A stretch of 64,000 nt of DNA from Spirochaetia bacterium. GTDB lineage: Bacteria > Spirochaetota > Spirochaetia > CADAEX01. The DNA is taken from the NCBI GenBank assembly GCA_963662795.1, contig OY759746.1, positions 864,001-928,000 of the forward strand, read 5' to 3'. The position numbers and the translations under genes are program-made. Positions 10,096 to 20,053 of this stretch are shown piece after piece. The notes below the pieces were generated by a model, which did not search any database, was not told the origin of the DNA, and was given only the letters and a program-made list of their open reading frames with translations. Every line of letters starts with the position of its first letter. The stretch's first letter is position 1.

Positions 10096-10377
10096 TTAAT
10101 TCCCCTGACTGGATGAACCGGAAGTCAAATTCCGCTTCAACTCTTTTTTCATTCTTTTTATCTCCCTCTCCCTCACCGTAGCCTCTCCCCTGCCGTGCCT
10201 TTCTTCGTGATACACAATCTTCACCGGCCTTCTGCTCCTCGTATACCTGGCCCCTTTAATATCTGATGTATTATGCTCTTTTTCCCGTCTTTCGATATTA
10301 TTGGTAATACCTGTATAGTATGTCCCGTCAGAACATTCTGCGATATAAACATACCATAATTCTTTTCCCGATTCCAG
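10096..10377 (-). CDS. GIY-YIG nuclease superfamily protein (YhbQ/UPF0213-like), absent from the ORF track, probable CTG start
   Basis: Hand translation: (L/M)ESGKELWYVYIAECSDGTYYTGITNNIERREKEHNTSDIKGARYTRSRRPVKIVYHEE..EATVREREIKRMKKELK. No in-frame ATG/GTG/TTG before the motif. GAGGG lies 5 nt before CTG at 10377. Confidence 0.85.
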   Translation of the reverse strand: MESGKELWYVYIAECSDGTYYTGITNNIERREKEHNTSDIKGARYTRSRRPVKIVYHEERHGRGEATVREREIKRMKKELKRNLTSGSSSQGN

Positions 10378-10438
10378 ATTGTCCCTCTTTATACTTGTTC
10401 CCCTGTTTGTTTATAATATAACTGAATTCGGAGAAATT

Positions 10439-10927
10439 ATGCCATTAAATATTGTTCTTGTCGAACCTGAAATACCCCAGAATACCGGGAATATCGCCCG
10501 AACATGCGCCGCCGCCGGAGCAGTCCTCCACCTGATTGAACCGCTCAGGTTCTCCATAGAAGACAGATACTTAAAACGCGCAGGGCTTGATTACTGGAGC
10601 CTTGTTGATATTCACCTTTACGGCAGCCTCGGGGAGTTTTTTTCCAGATGCAGGAGCGGTGACTTTTTTTATATAACAACAAAAGCTGAAAAATCATATG
10701 CAGAAGCAGAAATACCGGATGGCAGCTACCTTCTCTTCGGTAAAGAGACCAAAGGGCTGCCGGAAGAGCTTTTAAAGGCCAACTACGACAGGTGCATAAG
10801 GATACCTATGAAATCGGAGGCAAGGTCTCTCAACATCTCAAACGCGGCAGCCATAGTCCTTTATGATGCCCTTCGGAAACTGGAATTCCCCGGACTCAAG
10901 GCTGACGGAAAGCCCGGGCATTTTTAA
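10439..10927 (+). CDS. trmL: tRNA (cytidine/uridine-34-2'-O)-methyltransferase, SPOUT family
   Basis: IVLVEPEIPQNTGNIARTC, LKRAGLDYW, LFGKETKGLP, IRIPM..RSLNISN. ATG 10439 follows GGAG. Confidence 0.93.
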   Translation: MPLNIVLVEPEIPQNTGNIARTCAAAGAVLHLIEPLRFSIEDRYLKRAGLDYWSLVDIHLYGSLGEFFSRCRSGDFFYITTKAEKSYAEAEIPDGSYLLFGKETKGLPEELLKANYDRCIRIPMKSEARSLNISNAAAIVLYDALRKLEFPGLKADGKPGHF

Positions 10928-11061
10928 AGCTGATATTTTTTGCAAAAACCAGAGTTTAAATTACATTCAGCCGGGTCCCTTTTGATCATGCCTGGCTGCA
11001 TGCAGTACCGCTTTTAAAGTAACGTCTTTACTAATGGCAAAAAAAAATTTAACATGCCGAA

Positions 11062-11763
11062 ATGAATAAAATTCAGCAGACGACAGCTTTTCAGGCATTT
11101 AAGACAACCATTCCCGTCATGTTCGGCTATGTTCCCATCGGGATGGCATACGGCTTTCTTCTTGTAAAAACCGGGTTGCCCTGGTATTGGGCTCCGATTA
11201 TGTGCATCATCATCTTCGCGGGAGCTGCGCAGTTTCTGGCCCTCTCCCTGTTTGCTCAGCAGAAAAGCATAGCAGAGATGGCCCTTGCTGTTTTCCTCAT
11301 CAATTCAAGGCACATGGTTTACGGAATTTCACTGCTTGAAAGATTTTCACTGTTCAAATGGGCAAAACCCTATCTTATATACGGACTCACCGATGAAACA
11401 TACGCTCTTCTTACAACTGTAAATCCTCCGGAAGGATGCGACAGGGAAAGGTTTGATTTCCTGATTACGCTTTTCAACCAGTCCTACTGGACGCTTGGAA
11501 GCACTCTTGGAGCGCTTTTGGGGTCAGTAATTATGTGGGACGCGCCCGGTCTTGATTTTGCCCTTACCGCGCTTTTTATAGTGCTCCTTGTCGAACAGAT
11601 AAAGGCAATAAAACGCCCGGGCCCTTTTATTGCGGCCGCCACCGGCGTATTGATGTTTAATCTTCTGGGTTTTCCGGGACAGGCCCTGACAGGCGGGATA
11701 GTACTTGGATCGGCATCCTGTTTTTTCATGGTTAAAATGGTTAACAGTGGAGTAAAAAAGTGA
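11062..11763 (+). CDS. azlC: AzlC family branched-chain amino acid exporter permease
   Basis: TIPVMFGYVPIGMAYG, FAGAAQF, NSRHMVYG, LTDETYA, GLDFALTALF. Confidence 0.9.
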   Translation: MNKIQQTTAFQAFKTTIPVMFGYVPIGMAYGFLLVKTGLPWYWAPIMCIIIFAGAAQFLALSLFAQQKSIAEMALAVFLINSRHMVYGISLLERFSLFKWAKPYLIYGLTDETYALLTTVNPPEGCDRERFDFLITLFNQSYWTLGSTLGALLGSVIMWDAPGLDFALTALFIVLLVEQIKAIKRPGPFIAAATGVLMFNLLGFPGQALTGGIVLGSASCFFMVKMVNSGVKK

Positions 11764-12077
11764 ATAAAGTATTAATTGCCGCGGCAGCAATGGGGTTTGT
11801 AACACTTTTGACAAGGGCATTTCCTTTTCTCCTCTTCTCCAGAAAGCATCCCCCTGAGAGGTTTCTCAAAGGGGCGCGTCTTATTCCGGGCGCGGTAATG
11901 ACAGTACTTGTTCTGACAAGCCTTCCGCTAAAAACCGGCGTTACGGATCCTGCGGTAATTATTCCATGGACCGCGGGATTATCTGTTGTCATTTTTCATT
12001 TCCTCTGGAAAAACGCGCTCCTGAGCATTTTCGGGGGGACAGCTTTTTATATGGCGCTGCTCCATTTTTTCACCTGA
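11760..12077 (+). CDS. azlD: AzlD family membrane protein
   Basis: TLLTRAFPF and LLSIFGGTAFY motifs. Overlaps the azlC stop (GTGA). Confidence 0.85.
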   Translation: MNKVLIAAAAMGFVTLLTRAFPFLLFSRKHPPERFLKGARLIPGAVMTVLVLTSLPLKTGVTDPAVIIPWTAGLSVVIFHFLWKNALLSIFGGTAFYMALLHFFT

Positions 12078-12192
12078 AACACTTAAGCTTTAATATAAGG
12101 GAAACAATGCTGTATCAGGGAATATCCCCGCGGGTGACAGTTCCCGTCAACTATACTATACTGCATCCAAAAAACAGAAGGAGCCGGCATTT

Positions 12193-12606
12193 ATGGAAGA
12201 TAAAAAAATACTGATAACAAAAGAGGATGCGACGAAAGGGGTCCTGCACGGCAATGCAGGGACTTTCAGAATTTATATTGACGGGCCTAACTGCGGAGCC
12301 AGGAATTTCTCATTGCTGCAGAATACGATAAAGGCGGGAGCCACAGGCAGCAGCCATAAGCATGATGAGGAACACTGCTTCTATGTTCTTTCCGGAACCG
12401 GGACAATGAATATAGACGGTAAAGCCTATGAGATGCGGCCGGGCAGCGCTATATTCGTGCCGCCTAACGCAATGCATCAGCCTGTTGTCGATGAAGGTTC
12501 AGACCTTAACGTTATTGTAATCTACTCGCCCCCGGGCCCTGAGCAGAAGCTGCGCCATAAGCAGGCAAATGCCTTTGATGATACGGCAGCAGACAATTCA
12601 AAATAA
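12193..12606 (+). CDS. Cupin-domain protein
   Basis: Cupin motifs SHKHDEEHCFYVLSGTG and PGSAIFVPPNAMH. AGGAG RBS. Confidence 0.88.
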   Translation: MEDKKILITKEDATKGVLHGNAGTFRIYIDGPNCGARNFSLLQNTIKAGATGSSHKHDEEHCFYVLSGTGTMNIDGKAYEMRPGSAIFVPPNAMHQPVVDEGSDLNVIVIYSPPGPEQKLRHKQANAFDDTAADNSK

Positions 12607-12633
12607 CCGGGCCGGTTAACTGCGGAGAAAAAA

Positions 12634-12659
12634 AAGGGGCCTCCTGACGGGGGCCCCTT
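12634..12659. terminator. Hairpin terminator between convergent cupin genes
   Basis: AAGGGGCCTCC-TGAC-GGGGGCCCCTT, preceded by an A-run that gives a U-tract on the minus strand. Confidence 0.75.
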
Positions 12660-12683
12660 AAAAATTCAATTAATTATGTAAAT

Positions 12684-13076
12684 CTATTTAGAATCGAAAG
12701 CGTGCGCCTGGTTTTCCTTAAGCTGCTGCTCAGGTCCCGGAGGAGCATAAATAACAACATAGGTCATATCCTCTTCAGGGTCTATATCCATCCTGTGGGG
12801 TACGCCTTTAGGGGTGAAGATGGCCATATTAGGCCCGATCCTGTGGGGCTCGCCGTTCATGTAGAAGGTGGCCTTTCCTGACAGTATATACCAGCAGTGT
12901 TCCACATCATGGAAATGTTCCTTTCCCGAAGCACCTGCCCTGCTGGTATTAACCAGCAGGGAGAAGTGCTCGGCGCCTCCCAGATCTTTATCAATAAGGA
13001 CCCTGAATATACCAGCACCCCCGTGCAGGACTCCGGTATGGGCCTCATCCAAAGAATATATCAGTTTTCTGTTCAA
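12684..13076 (-). CDS. Cupin-domain protein, paralogue of 12193-12606
   Basis: EHFHDVEHCWYILSGKA and PNMAIFTPKGVPH. TTG start after AAGGAG. Confidence 0.88.
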   Translation of the reverse strand: MNRKLIYSLDEAHTGVLHGGAGIFRVLIDKDLGGAEHFSLLVNTSRAGASGKEHFHDVEHCWYILSGKATFYMNGEPHRIGPNMAIFTPKGVPHRMDIDPEEDMTYVVIYAPPGPEQQLKENQAHAFDSK

Positions 13077-13097
13077 ATCCTTCTCCTTATTTTATGC

Positions 13098-15035
13098 CTA
13101 CCACACCTGCGGGGCAGCTTCGGTTTCTTTTACTCTGTAGTTGATAATACTAAGCCCTGCAAGAAGAACAATACCTGCAATATCTGTAGCAGGCATAGGA
13201 AGAAACAGCAGAAGAGCTGAAATTCCCAGGATAACCCGGTGTATTACGCTTGCCCTTTTAAGCCAGTATCCCTGCATCATTCCGGCAAAAGCGACAATTC
13301 CGATAGTACTGGTTATTACTGTTGCCCAGACTGCTCCAGCCGGCCCGTTAAGAAGAATCGGGGTATAGACGAAAAGCAGAGGAATTATAAACAGGGGAGA
13401 AGCAAGTCTCAGCGCGGCCCAGCCGGCGTCAAGAGGTTTGCAGTCGGCGATCGCAGAGGCTGCAAACGCAACCAGGCATACAGGGGGTGTAATTCCGCCG
13501 ACATTGCAGAACCAGAAAACCAGAAGGTGGGCGGCAATCATGTCTACGCCAAGGTTAACCAGGGCAGGCACTGCGAGTACTGCAAGCAGAATATAGGTAG
13601 CCGTTACAGTAACTCCCATGCCGATAATGTATCCAGCGACAGCTATCAGCAGTATTGTCGCGGGTAATAATCCGCCGGAAAGGGATATTATGAACTGGGA
13701 GAACTTCATTCCGAGGCCGGTCATTGAAACAATTCCCACGATTATCCCGATTACTCCGGCAGTTGCGCCGACAGTAAGTGAACTTTTTGCTGATTTATAG
13801 AAAGCTTCCATAATTCTTTTCGGCGTCATCCTGTTTTCCGGTGTAATCCAGCTTAGGGCTATGGCCGCGATAATTGACCAGAACGCTGCCAGCTGCGGAG
13901 AAAAACCCATCAGTATCATGGTAAAAATAATCAGGATGGGAAGAAGCAGATACCCTTCTCTCTTTAAGGTTTTACCAAGAGGGGGAATATCTTTTTTGGG
14001 AAGCCCCTTGATTCCTCTTCTTGCCGCGATAAAGTGAACCATCATCCCCACACCCAGGAAATAGAGAAATGCCGGAATAATGGATATTCTTACTATCTCT
14101 GTATACGGCGTTCTGGTAAAAGCCGCGATAAGAAACGCGGCAGCGCCCATGATCGGAGGCATAAACTGTCCTCCGGTAGAGGCTGCAGCCTCAATACCGG
14201 CAGCCGTATGCGCACGGTATCCAAGATTTTTCATGATAGGAATTGTGTAGGAACCGGTTATTACCGCATTGGCAGCGGATGAGCCGGTTACCGAGCCGAT
14301 AAGGCCGCTTGAGATAACAGCAACCTTGGCAGGACCTCCGCGGGCGCCGCCTGCAAGGGCGGTTGATATTTTCTCAATTGCCTTTCCGCCGCCTGCTGAA
14401 TCAATGAAAGAGGCAAAAATTATAAAAGGGAAAATATAGGTGGCGTAAGTGTTCATAACAACGCCCCAGATGCCTTCCATGCTGAAACCGACAAACTCGG
14501 ATATCCTGTCCAGTCCGAAACCGTAGTGTCCAAGCATACCCGGGACATACGGCCCGAAATAGGCATAAAGCAGGAATACAAGAGCCATGGCAGGAAGTAC
14601 ATAACCTACAACCCTCCTTGCCAGCTCAAGCGACAGGAGGATGACGAGCGCGCCGACAACAAGATGAATTGTGTCCGGATTGCCGATTTTTTTTATGGCA
14701 TAATTCGGATATATTACGATCCAGACAACGACAACAGCAATAGCCGCAAGAGCGAGCAGTATATCAAAAACTGATGGATTTTTATTCTTGTTTTTAATCG
14801 AGGACCTGTACATTAAAAAAGTCATTACCATCGTAAGGATATAGTAGATTCCCCGATGACTTTCTGTAGAGTACGAGCCGGTACCGCATGTGAACCAGTA
14901 AATAAAAGAGAAAAGCGCCCCTGTTCCAAACAGCAGATAAAACAGAGCCCTGTTCGCAGGCTCAACAGGCCTTCTGCGTTCAACCAGGGATTCTGCCAGC
15001 TTTTCCTTTTTCTTGTCTTTAATTTCATTTTCCAT
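13098..15035 (-). CDS. TAXI-TRAP transporter fused 4TM/12TM permease
   Basis: GGPAKVAVISS, GSSAAN..TGSYTIP, EAAASTGGQFMPPIMGAAAF, ITPPVC. Confidence 0.92.
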   Translation of the reverse strand: MENEIKDKKKEKLAESLVERRRPVEPANRALFYLLFGTGALFSFIYWFTCGTGSYSTESHRGIYYILTMVMTFLMYRSSIKNKNKNPSVFDILLALAAIAVVVVWIVIYPNYAIKKIGNPDTIHLVVGALVILLSLELARRVVGYVLPAMALVFLLYAYFGPYVPGMLGHYGFGLDRISEFVGFSMEGIWGVVMNTYATYIFPFIIFASFIDSAGGGKAIEKISTALAGGARGGPAKVAVISSGLIGSVTGSSAANAVITGSYTIPIMKNLGYRAHTAAGIEAAASTGGQFMPPIMGAAAFLIAAFTRTPYTEIVRISIIPAFLYFLGVGMMVHFIAARRGIKGLPKKDIPPLGKTLKREGYLLLPILIIFTMILMGFSPQLAAFWSIIAAIALSWITPENRMTPKRIMEAFYKSAKSSLTVGATAGVIGIIVGIVSMTGLGMKFSQFIISLSGGLLPATILLIAVAGYIIGMGVTVTATYILLAVLAVPALVNLGVDMIAAHLLVFWFCNVGGITPPVCLVAFAASAIADCKPLDAGWAALRLASPLFIIPLLFVYTPILLNGPAGAVWATVITSTIGIVAFAGMMQGYWLKRASVIHRVILGISALLLFLPMPATDIAGIVLLAGLSIINYRVKETEAAPQVW

Positions 15036-15103
15036 AAAACGTTGATCCTTTTGAATATGATTTTAACAGGACATAATCAGGGTTTTAATTTCATGATAGA
15101 AAT

Positions 15104-15133
15104 AAACCCCGGAAATTAACATTTCCAGGGTTT
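15104..15133 (-). promoter_or_regulatory. Intergenic stem-loop after the TAXI SBP gene (partial terminator or mRNA stabiliser)
   Basis: AAACCCCGGAAAT-TAAC-ATTTCCAGGGTTT, 13-bp stem with one G-U pair in the mRNA. Confidence 0.6.
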
Positions 15134-15159
15134 TCATGTTTAATTTGTTTTTATTCGGG

Positions 15160-16173
15160 TTATTTCATCTCAGGCGGAATGAGTGATTCAGGAACTGTCA
15201 AGCCCTTCTCACGGTAGTATTTAACAGCACCTGGATGAAGGGGAACTGGAAAAGTACTCATCTGATCAAGATATGGGCCGATTGTTTTAAGATTATGATG
15301 AATACTTGAAAGTTCCTTAAGGTTGGCAGGATCAAGTCCTATAACCATCATATCATAAACAGCCTTTTCTGAAAGATCCTTCTGAGCTGCCCAGTATACA
15401 AGGAAAGAGATACAGGGAGAATCCTCTTTTACAGAACTGTATGTTCCCGCTTTGATAACTGATTTTGAGTAGGATGGATATGCCGCAATAATTTTGGCAA
15501 AATCCGCATTTGACGGCGCAATCAGCTTGATCGGTCTCTGCGCATCAAGAGTTACTACAGCTGATGCCGGAGCGCTGCTTGCGCCAGCCGCATCTATTCT
15601 GCCGTCCTGCAATGCTCTTCCCGCATCTTCCCATCCCATGTAGCGGACATCAACTTTATCAAAAATTCCAAGAGCCTTTAGAATGTTCTCAGAGTTAATG
15701 GCTCCTCCGCTTCCTGTATTGCCCATTACTACCGATTTTCCTGCAAAATCCTGAAGCGTGTTAATATCGGTTTTACTTGCAAGTGTTACAAAGTGGTGGT
15801 GGCTTTCATAAACACCTGAAATGAGGCGGAAATTCTTGTAGGGGGTTTCTCCCTTGAATTCGCCTGCTCCTGTCCAGAGGTCTAGTGCTGTCATGGCATG
15901 GGTCAGCCATGTATCAAGCTGTCCTCTTGCCGCCTGCCTGTTGTTGTCTGCAGATCCGCCGGTTGAAACAGCGGTAATATTCAGATTAGGGTTTGCGCTG
16001 CTGATATATGAGGCAAATCCGCCTACAGTTGCGAACCATGATCCGCCCGGCGCGCCTCCGCCAAACCTGATAAATTCTCTTTTAGCTCCCTCTTTCTGTC
16101 CGCCTGCAAAGGCAAAAGATGATACAAGCAGCAGAATCAGAATTGAAACTGCAGTTTTCCCAAAAAATTTCAT
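15160..16173 (-). CDS. TAXI family TRAP solute-binding protein
   Basis: Signal peptide, GGGAPGGSWF, STGGSADN, GNTGSGG, PLHPGAVKYYREKG. Confidence 0.92.
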   Translation of the reverse strand: MKFFGKTAVSILILLLVSSFAFAGGQKEGAKREFIRFGGGAPGGSWFATVGGFASYISSANPNLNITAVSTGGSADNNRQAARGQLDTWLTHAMTALDLWTGAGEFKGETPYKNFRLISGVYESHHHFVTLASKTDINTLQDFAGKSVVMGNTGSGGAINSENILKALGIFDKVDVRYMGWEDAGRALQDGRIDAAGASSAPASAVVTLDAQRPIKLIAPSNADFAKIIAAYPSYSKSVIKAGTYSSVKEDSPCISFLVYWAAQKDLSEKAVYDMMVIGLDPANLKELSSIHHNLKTIGPYLDQMSTFPVPLHPGAVKYYREKGLTVPESLIPPEMK

Positions 16174-16193
16174 GAGATCTCCTTCAAATTGAT

Positions 16194-16224
16194 TTGTATT
16201 ACAATGCTATTGTAACATTGTAAT
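16194..16224. promoter_or_regulatory. Nested palindromic operator upstream of the TAXI operon
   Basis: TTGTA-T-TACAA (16194-16204), TTACAAT-GCT-ATTGTAA (16199-16215) and ATTACAATG-N9-CATTGTAAT (16198-16224). Confidence 0.5.
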
Positions 16225-16565
16225 CAGAATCTGTCTATTTTTTTCATACGAAAAAGATATTATTAAAAGGCTATAATATTTTCAAATCAGGTGCCGGCCG
16301 GAAAGACAAGCTGCCAGGAATGAAGTTTCAAATGCATACTGTCCGGGGGATGATGAAGTCATAAGTCTGGAAAGTATCAGCTGTCAATATGCAGGACAAG
16401 ATGGCAGAAATATAAAGGCTTTAAATTATTACAGGTCCCGGTGTAATAATTAATAGAAATATTTATTTGGGGAAGTAAATTTCCTGCTGAAATAATCGGA
16501 ATCTGAAAAATCCACAGGAAGCCCTGACTGCAGAGAGCGGAACCGGTTCTCTGATGAAAGAATTT

Positions 16566-17162
16566 TTATTTTGCCCTGAACAGAAAATAACCGAGAATTA
16601 AATACGGTATTGTTACCGTCATCAAAAATGTAAACCCAGTATCTGCATCTTTCTGATTGAAAAAGATAAATCCAATGATGAAAAAATATAAAACCATAAA
16701 CAAATACATCCTGATAACCTGGGGAAAAAACAATCCCGGACTCTCGAATACACTGAAGTCTGTTGATTCTGATATTATATATCCCTGAAAGCTTGACCTG
16801 CTCCCCCCACGGCTTACCCTGTATGACTGAATGGGCAGTAATGGAATATAAAGAAAAGTAAACCATACTGTGGAAATAAAGGAACCGTCATTCTGACGTT
16901 TTGATGCTCCGTAAAATGCAGTACCGCATCCGATATAACGTACCGGATTGGATATATAATCAAGGTCAAGCTTATATGGTTTGGCAATGAAAAATCCTGT
17001 CAAAGCGATCAAAACAGGAAGAAAAGGAACTAAAAAAGATACATAGATTACTATTGCGAGAGTTTTATGATTTTTTCGCCAGGCATGAATTCCCACCCAT
17101 AAGGGAAACAGAAAATGAAAGACAACTGCAACCGATGTAATTATTATTTCAAACAGGTTCAT
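16566..17162 (-). CDS. Hypothetical membrane protein
   Basis: GGAGG RBS, several hydrophobic segments, AT-rich relative to neighbours. Confidence 0.7.
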   Translation of the reverse strand: MNLFEIIITSVAVVFHFLFPLWVGIHAWRKNHKTLAIVIYVSFLVPFLPVLIALTGFFIAKPYKLDLDYISNPVRYIGCGTAFYGASKRQNDGSFISTVWFTFLYIPLLPIQSYRVSRGGSRSSFQGYIISESTDFSVFESPGLFFPQVIRMYLFMVLYFFIIGFIFFNQKDADTGFTFLMTVTIPYLILGYFLFRAK

Positions 17163-17378
17163 TTAAATAATACCTCCAGTAACATAAAAATATTTATTAA
17201 TAAGTTAAAGCAAGTAAAATTATTTATTCGACTCGTTAAGATATAATTGTATATCGTAAATACCGGTTTGTATATGTGCAAAAAACGTTAAAAATCAATA
17301 ACGCTTAACAGATTTGCGCGCTGGAGAAATTATATTTTTATTTCAGGAAGCTGATATCCGGTAGCAGCCATACACTTC

Positions 17379-18587
17379 TCACCCGGTCAGCATCAGCCAG
17401 AGAGCACCGGCGGCTGTTGTTATAATTGTTACCGGAAATCCTGCCGCAAGATATGATGAAAAAGAGAGATTTATATTCTGTCTGTGCGCTGTTTCAGAGA
17501 CTATCAGATTTGCAACAGAACCCATCAGGGTAAGATTGCCCGCATAGGTGGAAGAAAGGGCCAGGGCGCTCCACATGACATCCGGTTTTACCGCAAGCTC
17601 TACGACAGGCCGCAGAAGCATAACAGCCGGAACATTCGAAACAATATTGCTCAGCACAAGTGAGAAAGCGCTGAACAGGGGGATACTGTCTGAAATTGCC
17701 GTGCCGTATGCAGTTACAGCTTTCTGATAGAAATCGAGCCGGGTAAGCGCCCCTGTTATTACAAAGAGCCCTGAAAAAAAGACAAGTATGCTGAAATCAA
17801 TATCTGCAAAGACCCGCTCCGGATTTATCCTCCTGGTTATTACAAGAAATGATGCGGCTGCCAGAGCGGCTGGCGTTATCGGAAATCCTGCGGCTATTGA
17901 TAATGCCAGTATCAGGACAGAGAAAAAACTTTTATACAGAAGCGGTTTATAGATAAATACGGATGAAGAAACACTGATAATGAACCTTGATCTGTCAAAT
18001 TCCTTTCTGAAAACAAGAACAATTACCAGCCAGGATACAGCAAGGCCGAAAACTGAAGGGACAAGAGCCTTCAATGTGTATGAAAAAAAAGGGATGCCTG
18101 AAAGGGCTCCTATCATGATATTCTGCGGATTGCCGATGAAAGTCGCAGCTGACCCTATATTTGCGGAAACAGCAAGAGCTGCCAGGTACGGAACCGGATT
18201 CCGGGAAGCAATCAGAGCAGTTTCAATAACAAGGGGAGTCATCATCAGCACTATTGTATCGTTCAGAAAAAGCGCTGAAAGCAGCGCGGAAGTGAGGATT
18301 ATCCAGGCGAGAAGGGCCTCAGGCGTATCGGCTTTTCTGGCGATAAGCCTGCCTGCCAGTCTGAAGAAACCGCTTAATTTGAGGTTTGCATTGATTATCA
18401 TCATCGCGAAAATCAGTACTATGGTATTAAGGTCCACGCTTGCAAGCGCGTCACTGTAAGTAAGTGAACCGGTCAGTATAAGAAGAGCTGCGCCTGTAAA
18501 CGCGATTGTTGCCCGGTTCATCCGAAGGGAAGGAATTTTCCCCGCAGCAATACCGATAAGCGATGCGGCAATTATTACAACTGTCAT
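17379..18587 (-). CDS. Anion permease, ArsB/NhaD/CitMHS (IT superfamily)
   Basis: LSALFLNDT, SANIGSAATFIGNPQN, SNIVSNVPA, SSTYAGNLTLMGSVANLIV. Confidence 0.9.
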   Translation of the reverse strand: MTVVIIAASLIGIAAGKIPSLRMNRATIAFTGAALLILTGSLTYSDALASVDLNTIVLIFAMMIINANLKLSGFFRLAGRLIARKADTPEALLAWIILTSALLSALFLNDTIVLMMTPLVIETALIASRNPVPYLAALAVSANIGSAATFIGNPQNIMIGALSGIPFFSYTLKALVPSVFGLAVSWLVIVLVFRKEFDRSRFIISVSSSVFIYKPLLYKSFFSVLILALSIAAGFPITPAALAAASFLVITRRINPERVFADIDFSILVFFSGLFVITGALTRLDFYQKAVTAYGTAISDSIPLFSAFSLVLSNIVSNVPAVMLLRPVVELAVKPDVMWSALALSSTYAGNLTLMGSVANLIVSETAHRQNINLSFSSYLAAGFPVTIITTAAGALWLMLTG

Positions 18588-18686
18588 ATCTTAAAAGATA
18601 TAGCATAAAAAAAAACACCAATCCATAGCAGTACCTGCAATATAATAATTGCACAACTTTACCTCTTGCTTTAGTATAAAAAAGTT

Positions 18687-19520
18687 GTGTGGTGGATAAA
18701 CCCTTTACTGCTTTTTGTAATCTCTTTTTTTCTCGGGATTGTCTCCGTCCTCGCGGGGATAGGAGGGGGTTCGATATATGTTCCTGTAGTAGCCGCCTTT
18801 TTCCCTTTCAATTTTGACCTGATAAGGGGAGCGGGGTTGTTCCTGACACTTGGAAGTTCACTGTCTGCCGCGCCCCGGCTTTTAAAACAGGGATTTGCCG
18901 ATATACGGCTTTCGCTCCCGTTTGCCCTGTCAGGCGCTGTGTTTTCCGTAATCGGGGCAAAGGCAGGGCTTGCGGCGGACGAAAGGTTATTAAAAATCAC
19001 GCTCGGAGTGATTATGGTTGCGGTCTCTGCTTTCATGATTTTAAACAGATCACGCTCATCATCAAAACTCCCCCTGAAAAAAGATTTTATCGCCTCAATG
19101 CTTCATATCGGAGGAGTATTCAAAAATAACGGAGTTGAAAAGGGGACTGAATGGTCCATAAAAAATTCCCTCACAGGAATGGTCCTTTTTGCGTTTATCG
19201 GGATAATTTCCGGGATGTTCGGGATAGGCGGCGGCTGGGCAGGCGTTCCTGTTTTAAATCTTGTCCTTGGAGTTCCCCTTAAACTTGCGGCAGGAACAAG
19301 CAGCATTATAATATCAGCCAATTCATCATCCGCGATCTGGGTCTATATTTCACACAATGCGGTTTTCCCCCTGATTGCCCTCCCCTCTTTTCTCGGTGTC
19401 GCGCTTGGTTCAAAACTGGGGGCCAGGTTTATGGGAAAAGCAAGCCCGCGCCTGATCAGGACCCTTATAATTGCGTTTCTGGTATTTTCAGGCATAAGGC
19501 TTATAGCAGGCAACCTATGA
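18687..19520 (+). CDS. Sulfite exporter TauE/SafE family protein
   Basis: Two GIGGG repeats (AGIGGGSIYVP; FGIGGGWAGVP), AAGTS. Confidence 0.88.
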   Translation: MWWINPLLLFVISFFLGIVSVLAGIGGGSIYVPVVAAFFPFNFDLIRGAGLFLTLGSSLSAAPRLLKQGFADIRLSLPFALSGAVFSVIGAKAGLAADERLLKITLGVIMVAVSAFMILNRSRSSSKLPLKKDFIASMLHIGGVFKNNGVEKGTEWSIKNSLTGMVLFAFIGIISGMFGIGGGWAGVPVLNLVLGVPLKLAAGTSSIIISANSSSAIWVYISHNAVFPLIALPSFLGVALGSKLGARFMGKASPRLIRTLIIAFLVFSGIRLIAGNL

Positions 19521-19903
19521 AAGATATGAATAAAAAATACGGCAGAATCTGCTCCTGGATAGACAGGTCATTTCTCTTTATCCTGGTCACCGGGTTTATA
19601 CTGTTTCTCATTGAACTTTATTCCCATCCGGAATACGGGGGGGAAATTGCCGCGCTGTGGAAAATGAATGGAGAGCAGATTGCAAGGCTTTCCTCTGATT
19701 CCGGAATGAACGGACTGCTCCTCGCACCGTCATACCGGCTCCTTTATTTTTCCATCATTCTTTTCGCCTCCGCTGTTGGAATAAGCCTGCTTGCCCTTTC
19801 AATCCTGTTTTTCCTTGACAGGGAATATGCAGCTTTTATATTCTCGTTTTTAACTGTACTTTCCATCCTGGCTGCAGCATCCGGCAGTTTCATATCCGGG
19901 TAG
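19517..19903 (+). CDS. Small membrane protein partnering TauE (DUF1634-like by position)
   Basis: ATGA overlap with the TauE stop, about 3 TM helices. Confidence 0.65.
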   Translation: MKDMNKKYGRICSWIDRSFLFILVTGFILFLIELYSHPEYGGEIAALWKMNGEQIARLSSDSGMNGLLLAPSYRLLYFSIILFASAVGISLLALSILFFLDREYAAFIFSFLTVLSILAAASGSFISG

Positions 19904-20053
19904 AAAACCAGGGGAAGTCCAGAAAGTGCAATTTTTTTTCTTTAATATATCTGCCTTTGCCGGAAGTATTCTTATTTTTGCATATATTCAAATAAAAAAA
20001 GCGATGCTATAATTCACAAAATATAAATCGGCACAGGAACAGCAGGTGGCAAA

